Below are positions 30,868 through 40,181 of a DNA stretch of 64,000 nucleotides, piece by piece. The notes under the pieces are model-generated. The model saw only the letters and a program-made list of their open reading frames with translations. It was not told where the DNA came from and ran no database searches. How positions within the stretch are numbered: the stretch's first letter is position 1; each line of letters starts with the position of its first letter. The translations under genes and the position numbers were made by a program. Origin of the DNA: an uncultured bacterium (GTDB lineage Bacteria > Bacillota_I > Bacilli_A > RF39 > UBA660); the NCBI GenBank assembly GCA_948433885.1, contig CAOJEC010000001.1, positions 942 through 64,941 of the forward strand. The letters run 5' to 3'.

Positions 30868-31443
30868 ATGAAACAAGAAAACATATTGTTCGATAATGGT
30901 TTTTTTGAATTAGTGAAAACTGAAGAAGATTTTGAAGTTGAGGGTGGAGTAAAACACGTAAAAAGAAATTTTGTTAGGAGACCCCCTGGTATTAGAGCTT
31001 TGATTGTGAATGAAAAAGACGAAATATTATTGTCGAGAGAGTTTCGTTATGAATTAAACGATTGGGACTATCGTTTACCAGGCGGAAAAGTTTTTGAATC
31101 GTTAAAAGATTATAAAGAAGCGTTAGAAAACGATACAGTATTTGAAAACGTATTGAAAACTGTGCCAAAAGAGGTACGTGAAGAGATCGGATTAATAGTT
31201 TCAAATCCTCAACTTATAAAAGTATCTTTGGCTGGATCGGGAGTAGTTTGGGATTTATATTATTTTGAGATAAAAGATTATAGAAAGGATGAAAATGGAC
31301 CACAATTAGAAGAAGAGGAAATTATAAATGGATATGAGTGGTTCAAATTCGAAGATATCGTTAAGATGTGTAAAAGTAACGAAATTCATGAGGATAGAAC
31401 AGTCGGCGTATTGTTGACTTATATTTTAAATTCAAATAGATGA
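30868..31443 (+). CDS. NUDIX-like hydrolase
   Basis: A PGGKVFESL...REEIGL segment resembles a degenerate Nudix box. Strong RBS ggaggaaaaa. Assignment is tentative. Confidence 0.45.
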   Translation: MKQENILFDNGFFELVKTEEDFEVEGGVKHVKRNFVRRPPGIRALIVNEKDEILLSREFRYELNDWDYRLPGGKVFESLKDYKEALENDTVFENVLKTVPKEVREEIGLIVSNPQLIKVSLAGSGVVWDLYYFEIKDYRKDENGPQLEEEEIINGYEWFKFEDIVKMCKSNEIHEDRTVGVLLTYILNSNR

Positions 31444-31460
31444 GAAAGAGGGAGAATTGT

Positions 31461-31562
31461 ATGAAAAAATATTTGTTAGTAGGTGCAGCACTATTTTCTT
31501 TGATGGTAACAACTGTATATGCATTGAATGAAAGTAAACGAAACAGCAGTTCAAAAAACTAA
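31461..31562 (+). CDS. mini-ORF encoding a signal-peptide-like 33-aa peptide
   Basis: MKKYLLVGAALFSLMVTTVYALNESKRNSSSKN. Excellent RBS agagggag 8 nt upstream. Not in the ORF track because it is shorter than 60 aa. Confidence 0.3.
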   Translation: MKKYLLVGAALFSLMVTTVYALNESKRNSSSKN

Positions 31563-31704
31563 TTGTCCATACTGCGAGAATAATGAATGTCCATATTATG
31601 AAGATAAGTCTAATTGTTCAAATTGCCACCAAAATGAACATTATCACGGTGGCAAAGGAAATGGATATGGTCGACAAGGCAAATGTGGACATCATCATCA
31701 ATAA
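31528..31704 (+). CDS. Cys/His-rich 58-aa ORF overlapping the preceding mini-ORF in the +1 frame
   Basis: MKVNETAVQKTNCPYCENNECPYYEDKSNCSNCHQNEHYHGGKGNGYGRQGKCGHHHQ has 7 Cys and 7 His. It may be the frameshifted continuation of the signal-peptide ORF. Confidence 0.3.
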   Translation: MKVNETAVQKTNCPYCENNECPYYEDKSNCSNCHQNEHYHGGKGNGYGRQGKCGHHHQ

Positions 31705-31796
31705 ATAAAAAGTTTAAAATAGAAATTGAATTATTAAAGTTTAGTTCGAGATAAAGTCGAATGAGATTTTTTATTTAAGAAAAGAGAGAGATAGTA

Positions 31797-32369
31797 ATGA
31801 AGATTTTATTAGGAAGTAAGAATCCATCGAAGGAAAAGGCTGTGCAGTTGGCATTAAATACATTGGGAGTAAATGATTATGAAATTATTATGTGTGAAGC
31901 TCCTTCTAATACACATAGTAGACCTATAGGTTACGAAATAATTAGAGGGGCTGAGAATAGAAATTCATTCTTAAAAGAATATGCCGATTCGAACGGACTT
32001 TCTTACGATTATTTATGCTCGATCGAAGGAGGCTTTTCTTTGGATGAGACAGGACTACCATTTGTAGTCACTTATTGTATAATCGAGAATAAAAATGGGA
32101 AGCAATCGACTGGTAAATCCTTGGGTATAAAATTGACAGATAAAATATTTCACTTTATCAAAAAGGGTGGATCATTAAATAGTGTAATCAATGATATTTT
32201 ACAAACTGAAAATATTAAACAATCTCTTGGAATAATGGGATATCTCACAAATGGGTTATTCGATAGGGCCTCTGTCGATAGTGAAGCAGTCGTTTCGGGT
32301 TTTCTTCCATTTTTATATGAAAAGCAAATAAATATTCTCGAAAAAGAAATAGATAAACTGGATAGATAA
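31797..32369 (+). CDS. inosine/xanthosine triphosphatase-like (DUF84/YjjX family) NTPase
   Basis: LLGSKNPSKEKAV ... EAPSNTHSRPIGYEIIRGAENRNSF matches the conserved YjjX pattern (GS.NP.K...V.S.V..QP.G.E...GA.NR). Confidence 0.55.
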   Translation: MKILLGSKNPSKEKAVQLALNTLGVNDYEIIMCEAPSNTHSRPIGYEIIRGAENRNSFLKEYADSNGLSYDYLCSIEGGFSLDETGLPFVVTYCIIENKNGKQSTGKSLGIKLTDKIFHFIKKGGSLNSVINDILQTENIKQSLGIMGYLTNGLFDRASVDSEAVVSGFLPFLYEKQINILEKEIDKLDR

Positions 32370-32426
32370 AAGACAAAGCAATCTTTGAACAAAGGATAAT
32401 TTCCGAATTGAAAGGTTTTTGATATA

Positions 32427-32449
32427 AAGACTAGTCGGCAGTCTTTTTT
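32427..32449 (+). terminator. rho-independent terminator
   Basis: aagact-agtcggc-agtctt followed by TTTTTT. Confidence 0.55.
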
Positions 32450-32588
32450 ATATACAATTTTTTATTAAGTAACAAGGTCTTTAATTAAAACATATCATAT
32501 ATTGGAAAACTACTAGAAAAAAAATCAAATTTATAGTAATATAATAAGAGAATAAGATAGTTACATACTTGAGGAGGGAAATTGAGGT

Positions 32589-35500
32589 ATGAATAGGATC
32601 ATTCAATCTAAAAGGAATGTTATAGCTTGTTGTGCCATTTTCATGGTAGCGATGACAGTCTTTTTTGTCAGTCTTGGACATAGTTACGCCCAAATGTTAG
32701 GCGATGTGTTATTAGATCGGGGTAATGTGGCGGATCAAGTTTTGTATTTGTCCGACATTCCTTATATGAAAGCTCAAGTTGGGTGGGGAAATGTTTCTTT
32801 AGATAAGACTCAGTCTAATACATCATTAATCTTAGTGTTAAATGGGTATTCAACAGTGTTTAAAAAAGGAATATGGGCTCATGCTACTTCGACGATCGAG
32901 TACGATGTAAGTGAGTATAAAGATGAGTATCCGTACTTTACTACTTATTATGGAGTTAACACAACTGGTAATAAAGGAAACGGCGTAAAATTTTATATTT
33001 ATACGTCTGTAGATGGCAAAGAATGGACTCTTGAAACGGAAGAAAATCCAAATGCGTTAGTTTATACAAATAGTGCTGGCTTTGCTAAAATCGATATAAG
33101 AGACGTAAATTATATTAGGCTGTATGCTCACGACAACGGTTCGAATGCTTCTGATCACGCAGTATGGGCAGATAGTAAACTTATAAAAGAAGGTTATAGT
33201 GATCAGGTGATGTTATCAGTAGAAGAGTTCGATGCTTATATCAAGACTAGATATTCTACTGGTGCAATCAAAGACGATTTAAAATTGACTTTATTACAGA
33301 GAAACTTTATAAATAGAGTTGGTCAATTTCAACTTCGTTCTTTCGTAGACAGTGATCCTAAAAATATGGAAACTTTAGAGTGGTTCATTCACAACGAAGA
33401 AGCATTGAGATTATGGACGATGGGTGGTATTCCGAATGGTACTTATGAGCGGGCACTACAGGTATTGAGTAATTTGTATCATGCTCATAAGGAAGATTTA
33501 GAGAATGAAAATGAAACACCGAATGGAAATAAATACAAAGATTTGTATTTGAGAATGATGCTCAGTTTATCGTTGACTCACTCTTCTTCTATAGGTCTTT
33601 GGATCGGTGGAAATCAATTATCGGATGCGGTCACGCGTTATGAAATTTACAAAGATATGCATTTAAATAATCAACTGTATTCTTCTTCGATGTTTGAACG
33701 CATGACCGTCGAAGAAATGCGTTGGTTGATGCATGTTAATATCGATGATGAAGAAATAATGTGGTTACACGATTATTCATTAAAAAAATATCCGAATGTT
33801 ACTGAACGCTTCAATCCATATAAATATATTACATATAGAACAGGTTATAGTTATTATAGACCTCAGTATTATTCGCAAGCGAATTATGCTAAATGGGATC
33901 AAAAATACGAGTTATCGAAGTATAATATAACATATCAATCTGGAAAACCGAAACTGTGGATAGTATTCGAAGAAGGTTCGGTTTGTGGTGGTCTATCTAA
34001 GACAGCAGCGAACTTGTACGGAGTTTGGGGAGTACCTGCGAGTGTCGTCGGGCAGCCTGCTCATGCCGCATATATTTATTATTATGAAGTAGGCGGAAAG
34101 GGAGCATGGCAACTTGCTTACAATGTCGCCGCTACTGGTTGGGCAAATACTCAAGGTTATTCGAGAATGCCAAATGATTGGGGTAATTTCAGTAGTGGAG
34201 TCGTCACAAATACAGGTTCTATCAAATCGGCTTCTTATTTCTTCTTAGCTCAAGAGGCTCAAAATGAATACGATAAATACGAAAATGCCGAATTTATCTT
34301 GTTACTAGAGAGTGTTTATAAAAACGATAAAGCTAAGCTAGAACGTATTTATAGGGACGCTTTGAATGAGGAAATCATCAACTGGGATGCTTGGTTGGGG
34401 CTTGTCAATTTATATATCAGGGATACTACTAAGACTGAAGAGGATTTAGTGGCTCTAGCTGAAGAGATAAGTAATGTTCTTACTTATCATCCTTTGCCAA
34501 TGTACGACTTGACTCGAAGATTGGGTTCTAAAATTACTTCTCCTCAATACAAAGGCAAATTGATGTTAATTCAAGAGAGAACTCTTCGACAAGCGACAAA
34601 AGCAACAGCTTCGAATACCTTACAATATAAAGAAGTTCCTGTTGTTGCTCAAGCATTATTGGGTGAGATAAGTGCTGAGTTAGCAACATTCTCATTCGAT
34701 GGAGCAAATGCTGGCAAAATAGTTTTATCTAGACAATTACAAAGTACACAAGTAAACTGGTCTTATAGTTTGGATGGAGGAACAACCTGGACGGATGTAT
34801 TCGAACATTATGTTCAGTTGACGCCAGAACAAATAGCTAGTATAGATATAAACAAAGATATAAAGATTCATATATCAGGATTAGATTATTCGGCTGCGAA
34901 TATATATACAATAAATATTACGAAAAGATCATTTCCTAGTGGAGTTATAACAATAAATGATGAAGAAGATAAAATGTTCGGAGCTACGAGTGATATGGAA
35001 TGGTCTTTGAATCCAAGTGAAGGATGGAATTCTTTTGCGAATACTAATCCAATATTCAGTGGTAATGTAAGGGTCTATGTAAGAGTTACTGCTACTGGAA
35101 CTCAAATAGCTAGTGATCCTGTCTATTTCACATTTAAAGAAAATAATGTGGATGATTCGAAATGGTACATTCAATCAAAAAATATCAAAGCAATTGAAGT
35201 CAACGCTACTCAATCAGGTAATATGAACAATGTTTTGGATGGTAATACTAAGACTTATTGGAGATCTAAGGACGGAGTATTGCCGGCCTATATGATGTTC
35301 GAGTTAGATCAACCTAGGTACATTTCTGGTATAGATTATGTCCCTGATCCTAGTGCGAAGTATTTAACATTTGTACCTTATGGACGTGCTCGTACTTTGA
35401 ATATCTATGTCAGTATGGATCGAGAGAATTGGGAACTTGCTGGGACTAAGACAAATTTGGGAGACAACGACAATTTAAAACATATAGATTTACCTGTTCC

Positions 35501-37460
35501 TAAAAAAGCTAAGTATGTTAAAATTGAGTGTGTTAGTGCATATGACAGTGAGATTATTTCATTTACTGTATCTGTTTTAAAATTTTATGAGAATGTTGCT
35601 GTGAGCGATACTCCGCGAGCTGATGTCAACTATAACATTGTCAGAAAGACTAATCAGAACGTAGTTGCAGAGCTTGTAAATCCTACTCGCGATATAACGG
35701 TCACGAATAATGGTGGAAGTACTAGTTATACATTTACGGAAAATGGTGAATTCACTTTCGAGTATGAAGATGCCGATGGTAACAAAGGTAGCACGACTGC
35801 TAGAGTAGATTGGATCGATAAAACGCCACCTAAATTGACGGTAGCATTCAGTACGACGAGTTTGACTAATGGAGATGTCGTCGCAACTCTTACATTTGAC
35901 AAACAAGTTACAATATTATCTAAAGACGTGGAGATTGCCGAAAATCCTACCGATAAATCGAAGACTATAACATTCTTAGAAAACGGATCATTCGAATTGA
36001 AGTTCGAAGATGAGCTCGGTAATGTAGGATCTAAAGTCATTACAGTCGATTGGATCGACAAGGTTCATCCTACTGGTGAAATAGATTACAGTATAACGAC
36101 TTTGACCGACAAGCCGGTTACGGTTACACTGGTACCGAGTGAGCCTATAACGGTAACTAATAATGATGGTAAATTGACTTACACTTTTGAGGATAATGGA
36201 GAATTTACATTCGAATTTATCGATCGAGTTGGTAATACAGGAAGTGCAACTGCTAGAGTAGATTGGATTACCGCACTTCCTGAATATACTATCGAATATT
36301 CTACCGAAGAGTTGACTAATGAGGACGTCGATGTTACAGTGGAAATCGAAGATGGGTATAGAATCGTCAACAATGATGCCCATAATGTTTATACGTTCGA
36401 GGAAAATGGAGAGTTCGATTTCCAATATGCCGATTCTAAAGGAGCTGTAGGATTAATTCATACTGCTGTAACATGGATCGATAAAACACCACCGACTGCC
36501 GAATTAAAATACGTAAAAGAAAAGGACAAAGTTACAGTTACTGTTGTGAACCCTAGTGAGGAGATCACTTATAAAAAAGGTAACGGAGTATATACTTATA
36601 CTGAAAACGGGGAATACGAAATCATCATCATCGATAAAGTCGGAAACGAAGGTAAACTTATCGCAATCGTCGATTCTCTAGGAAAAGATGATGACGACAA
36701 GCCAGGCACTACGGATCCGAATCCGGATAAACCAGGTGAAGATGACAAACCTAGTAAACCAGATCCTGATGAGCCTGGAGAGGATGATAAGCCAGGAACT
36801 GATGAACCCGATGATTCTGATGGAGATGATAAACCAGGAACGACCGATCCTAAACCTGATGAACCTTCGAAACCTAATACGGATAAGCCGACGAATCCTA
36901 GCAAACCTGGGACTAGCGATAAGCCGAACGAAAGTGAAAAACCTTCAGATACAGATTATAAATCTTATCCATTAGGAAATCTCAGTGTAGATATTCCTTC
37001 GAATGCTATCAAGGTCGAAGGCACTGTCAAATCTGAGAATTTCGTATTATCTGATCAGTTGAAAGGTAAATTTGGAGAAGCGAGTGAATATTACGATATA
37101 TTCTTCGTGGACAAGAAAACTGAAAGAGTGGATATCGCCTCTTCTGATCCGATCAAAATCAGTATTTCGGTCGATAAAAGTAAAAAGTTGTTGGGAGTTT
37201 ATGAAATAACTTCCGATGGTTTGGTAAAAAAGATCGATTACAAAGTCGATGGTAAAAACATCGAATTGTCTACTAAAAGTTTAGGTAAGTTTGTCGTCTC
37301 TTATGATGAAGTTAAAGAGGAGATCCCTAAAGAAGATGAGTCTGAAACAAAGGATGAACAAAAGAAGGGAAACATTCCTATACTATTTGTGATGCTGTGT
37401 TGTATCGGAATTGCTGTAGGCTTGACTATCTTATTCTTGAAGAAAAAACAAAACTTATAG
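32589..37460 (+). CDS. giant surface protein (paralog B, intact, 1623 aa)
   Basis: Signal peptide. NPCBM-like domain (LYLSDIPYMKAQVGWGNVSLDK...GIWAHATSTIEYDV). Transglutaminase-like core (GSVCGGLSKTAANLYGVWGVPASVVGQPAHAAYIYYYE). F5/8 discoidin domain (LDGNTKTYWRSKDG). Five Ig-like repeats with DWIDKxxPTx. Acidic Pro-rich linker (KPGTTDPNPDKPGEDDKP...). C-terminal TM (ILFVMLCCIGIAVGLTILFL) with a KKKQNL tail. Confidence 0.8.
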   Translation: MNRIIQSKRNVIACCAIFMVAMTVFFVSLGHSYAQMLGDVLLDRGNVADQVLYLSDIPYMKAQVGWGNVSLDKTQSNTSLILVLNGYSTVFKKGIWAHATSTIEYDVSEYKDEYPYFTTYYGVNTTGNKGNGVKFYIYTSVDGKEWTLETEENPNALVYTNSAGFAKIDIRDVNYIRLYAHDNGSNASDHAVWADSKLIKEGYSDQVMLSVEEFDAYIKTRYSTGAIKDDLKLTLLQRNFINRVGQFQLRSFVDSDPKNMETLEWFIHNEEALRLWTMGGIPNGTYERALQVLSNLYHAHKEDLENENETPNGNKYKDLYLRMMLSLSLTHSSSIGLWIGGNQLSDAVTRYEIYKDMHLNNQLYSSSMFERMTVEEMRWLMHVNIDDEEIMWLHDYSLKKYPNVTERFNPYKYITYRTGYSYYRPQYYSQANYAKWDQKYELSKYNITYQSGKPKLWIVFEEGSVCGGLSKTAANLYGVWGVPASVVGQPAHAAYIYYYEVGGKGAWQLAYNVAATGWANTQGYSRMPNDWGNFSSGVVTNTGSIKSASYFFLAQEAQNEYDKYENAEFILLLESVYKNDKAKLERIYRDALNEEIINWDAWLGLVNLYIRDTTKTEEDLVALAEEISNVLTYHPLPMYDLTRRLGSKITSPQYKGKLMLIQERTLRQATKATASNTLQYKEVPVVAQALLGEISAELATFSFDGANAGKIVLSRQLQSTQVNWSYSLDGGTTWTDVFEHYVQLTPEQIASIDINKDIKIHISGLDYSAANIYTINITKRSFPSGVITINDEEDKMFGATSDMEWSLNPSEGWNSFANTNPIFSGNVRVYVRVTATGTQIASDPVYFTFKENNVDDSKWYIQSKNIKAIEVNATQSGNMNNVLDGNTKTYWRSKDGVLPAYMMFELDQPRYISGIDYVPDPSAKYLTFVPYGRARTLNIYVSMDRENWELAGTKTNLGDNDNLKHIDLPVPKKAKYVKIECVSAYDSEIISFTVSVLKFYENVAVSDTPRADVNYNIVRKTNQNVVAELVNPTRDITVTNNGGSTSYTFTENGEFTFEYEDADGNKGSTTARVDWIDKTPPKLTVAFSTTSLTNGDVVATLTFDKQVTILSKDVEIAENPTDKSKTITFLENGSFELKFEDELGNVGSKVITVDWIDKVHPTGEIDYSITTLTDKPVTVTLVPSEPITVTNNDGKLTYTFEDNGEFTFEFIDRVGNTGSATARVDWITALPEYTIEYSTEELTNEDVDVTVEIEDGYRIVNNDAHNVYTFEENGEFDFQYADSKGAVGLIHTAVTWIDKTPPTAELKYVKEKDKVTVTVVNPSEEITYKKGNGVYTYTENGEYEIIIIDKVGNEGKLIAIVDSLGKDDDDKPGTTDPNPDKPGEDDKPSKPDPDEPGEDDKPGTDEPDDSDGDDKPGTTDPKPDEPSKPNTDKPTNPSKPGTSDKPNESEKPSDTDYKSYPLGNLSVDIPSNAIKVEGTVKSENFVLSDQLKGKFGEASEYYDIFFVDKKTERVDIASSDPIKISISVDKSKKLLGVYEITSDGLVKKIDYKVDGKNIELSTKSLGKFVVSYDEVKEEIPKEDESETKDEQKKGNIPILFVMLCCIGIAVGLTILFLKKKQNL

Positions 37461-37478
37461 TTAGATGATTCATTTTAG

Positions 37479-37508
37479 AAACCACATTCTTTCGTAGTAT
37501 GTGGTTTT
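37479..37508 (+). terminator. rho-independent terminator after paralog B
   Basis: aaaccacat-N11-atgtggtttt. Confidence 0.6.
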
Positions 37509-37616
37509 AATGTGAATCAAATAATAGTTTATTTTAATTAAAATTTATGATAAAATTATATTGAGAGTAGCGAATTTAACGTGGTATCTCGAATTTAAAC
37601 AAAAAGGAGAATATTT

Positions 37617-38018
37617 ATGGAAGATAATGAAACAGTAGTTATTTCATATTCAAAAGATGAACTTGCAGGCATCATTTTAGATTATATTGCAAGAAGAGAC
37701 GGTTTGGATATGGAGACTGAGAACTTAACTGTCGCTTATACGTGTGGTCGCGTGAGAGTAAAAGAAAAATATGTGGAGCCTACTGGCAATATACAATTCT
37801 TTATAAAGAGAAAGATAGAAAGTCCAAGTTCCGAAACAGGATATGAAGAAAAAGTTACACCACTAGATCCTAGCGAAGTAGAAGACTCAATAAGAACTTT
37901 CTTAGGAGCTCACAATTATGAAGTTCAAAAAATCGACTTTAGGGTTACAGGTGAGCAAGCAACTAACTTCGAAGGAGTATCCATCACGAGTGTTCCTCAA
38001 TTGGAAAAGACTATATAA
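37617..38018 (+). CDS. hypothetical cytoplasmic protein
   Basis: 133 aa, acidic, no TM. RBS aaaggaga. Sits between giant paralog B and the unusual sigma factor. Confidence 0.4.
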   Translation: MEDNETVVISYSKDELAGIILDYIARRDGLDMETENLTVAYTCGRVRVKEKYVEPTGNIQFFIKRKIESPSSETGYEEKVTPLDPSEVEDSIRTFLGAHNYEVQKIDFRVTGEQATNFEGVSITSVPQLEKTI

Positions 38019-38021
38019 GAT

Positions 38022-38056
38022 AAAGGGCGTAAAGGTAAAGTTGCCTTTTTTCTTTT
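38022..38056 (+). terminator. terminator-like hairpin
   Basis: aaagggc-N14-gccttttttctttttt. Confidence 0.45.
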
Positions 38057-38093
38057 TTTATGGTAAAATTTATCTCATTTAAGGGGGATAACT

Positions 38094-39323
38094 ATGTGTG
38101 ATAGGAGAGCTATGATTGATACATTTGATAGAGTTACTGAAGATCAAATTAGCGATTTTTTGAAATTGGAAGACTATTATCCTAAGGCAACGTCCTATAC
38201 AAATGAAGAATTTCTTCGATTAGCCAAATCGGGCGACAAGGACGCAAGAGATTATCTTGTAAAGAGCAATTTGGGATTGATTATAAGCGCGGCTAAGAAA
38301 AAAAAGCCACTGGCCGAGAAAATGACATTTTTGGATTTGATTCAAGAAGGTGTTTACGGCTTTTTGGCTGCCATAGATAAATACGATGAAAATAAAGGTG
38401 CAAAATTTACGACATATGCAACTGAGTGTATAGAAAATCAAATAATTCAATCTTTAAAAATTAATGGTAATCAAGATATTTCTAGACCGACTTATATTGG
38501 AATTGCCGTGTTCAATTATAATAAACTTATGACATCTCAAAAAATAGCGGGCGAACCTGAGCTTAGTGATGAAGAACTAAAGAAGTTGCTTCACTTGACC
38601 GACAATGGATTAGAAGCCGTCAAAAAGGATGGCGATTTGCGTGTCGAAAGTTTGAACGAATTTTGTAATAGTGATGGAACAAGTGAAAAGATCGATTTTT
38701 GTTCATCCGATTATGAATTAGAAAGTACTTTACTGAGTGAAATGTCTCAAAGAAGTTTATTCATCTTTTTGAAACATTCTTTTTCTCCCCTTCATTATTA
38801 CATAATATACAATAGATTTGTAAGAGAGCAAAATGGTTCTCAAATAGGCGAACCTTTCAATTTGGATAGAAGGAACATTCATCAAATGGAAAAAATTATA
38901 TATAGAAAATTGAGGAAAATGTGTGATGAGAACCGCATTTTGAACTACGATTTGAGAAAAATAGGTACTCAAAGAGAAATAGAAATGATGTCTATGGAAC
39001 CTATGAATCCTAATGAAATAGTGAAATATATGTTTTTCAAAAATTATTTGCCATCGAAAGAAAGGGAATTGTACAAAGCTATAATAGTTCATGAATACGA
39101 ATTTTATACTTCCATTTATGCTAGTATGCTCGGGGTAAGTGAGGAAGAACTTTTAGAAATTCATACAAGTTTAAATCGTAAATTAGCAAATTTAGAAAAG
39201 TATTTTGCGAATCAATTAGAGGGATTTAAAAACGACATAAGAGTCAAGATAGGTAAAAAGATATTCGATCACGATTGGGATGCCGAGTTTAAAGATGAGA
39301 AAGAATTCGCATCGATGATGTAG
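38094..39323 (+). CDS. sigma-70 family sigma factor with extended C-terminus (two region-4-like segments)
   Basis: Region 2 (YLVKSNLGLIISAAKK; DLIQEGVYGFLAAIDKYDENKGAKFTTYATECIENQI). First region-4-like HTH (SQIGEPFNLDRRNIHQMEKIIYRKLRKM). Second region-4-like segment (LPSKERELYKAII...SIYASMLGVSEEELLEIHTSLNRKL). Confidence 0.65.
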   Translation: MCDRRAMIDTFDRVTEDQISDFLKLEDYYPKATSYTNEEFLRLAKSGDKDARDYLVKSNLGLIISAAKKKKPLAEKMTFLDLIQEGVYGFLAAIDKYDENKGAKFTTYATECIENQIIQSLKINGNQDISRPTYIGIAVFNYNKLMTSQKIAGEPELSDEELKKLLHLTDNGLEAVKKDGDLRVESLNEFCNSDGTSEKIDFCSSDYELESTLLSEMSQRSLFIFLKHSFSPLHYYIIYNRFVREQNGSQIGEPFNLDRRNIHQMEKIIYRKLRKMCDENRILNYDLRKIGTQREIEMMSMEPMNPNEIVKYMFFKNYLPSKERELYKAIIVHEYEFYTSIYASMLGVSEEELLEIHTSLNRKLANLEKYFANQLEGFKNDIRVKIGKKIFDHDWDAEFKDEKEFASMM

Positions 39324-39407
39324 TTCTCATTTCAAATAAAAATTGTAAAATTGATGGGAACTTGTTCTAAAATCGATCGAAGGTGTTATAATAATTATGT
39401 GATCAGT

Positions 39408-40025
39408 ATGGAGAATATTAGTAAAAATAAAAGTTTTTGGTTTTTGTGTTTAGGTGGGTTTATCGTATTTGCTACCATGTTGTTGATGATAAAAACTTCC
39501 AATATAGAATCGTTCGATAATTTCTTTGGGACGATCTTCGTGCGAAGTGAAACGATGACCAATATCATGCGAGGAATTACTCTTTTGGCCGAGGCAGGTA
39601 GTTTGATTTTATTCGCTGTTCTATTTGCGATATTCGTTAAAGACAAAAGAGATGGAGCATCGATGTTATTTGGGCTCGGTATTTGTGCTGGAATCAACAG
39701 CGTTCTCAAAAAATTGATCAGAAGACCGAGACCTTCAATTGAACATTTAGTAGTAGCAGATGGATTCAGTTTTCCGAGTGGACATTCTGCTTCTTCGATG
39801 GCATTTTATGGACTCTTAATATATTGGATTTGGAAAAATTGTAAAAATGTAATGCTAAGAAATGTATTGGTAGCATTTTTAGGATTCATCATTTTGGCAA
39901 TAGGGACGAGTAGAATTTATCTCGGTGTTCACTATCCTAGCGACGTGATCGGTGGGTTCTCATTTGCAATTTTCTATTTATCAATTTATATCAAATGCAG
40001 TGAAAAAATTTGGGCCAAAAAATAA
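39408..40025 (+). CDS. PAP2-family phosphatase (undecaprenyl-diphosphatase-like)
   Basis: Motifs KKLIRRPRP, PSGHS and SRIYLGVHYPSDV across a multi-TM body. Start placed at the ATG (MENISKNK) downstream of a TATAAT box at 39388. The longer track ORF starts inside the putative promoter. Confidence 0.8.
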   Translation: MENISKNKSFWFLCLGGFIVFATMLLMIKTSNIESFDNFFGTIFVRSETMTNIMRGITLLAEAGSLILFAVLFAIFVKDKRDGASMLFGLGICAGINSVLKKLIRRPRPSIEHLVVADGFSFPSGHSASSMAFYGLLIYWIWKNCKNVMLRNVLVAFLGFIILAIGTSRIYLGVHYPSDVIGGFSFAIFYLSIYIKCSEKIWAKK

Positions 40026-40181
40026 AGTTGGCTTTTTATTTGATTTATTTAAAAATTTTAGGCTCCCGAAATTCGACCAGTAAAAAGACCGAAGGCATTG
40101 AAATGTAAGCTGTTAGTGGTAAAATTTTGACTGTCGTGCGCGCCAAAGCACGATAAAAAAGAATGTGAAGGAAGGTTTTTT

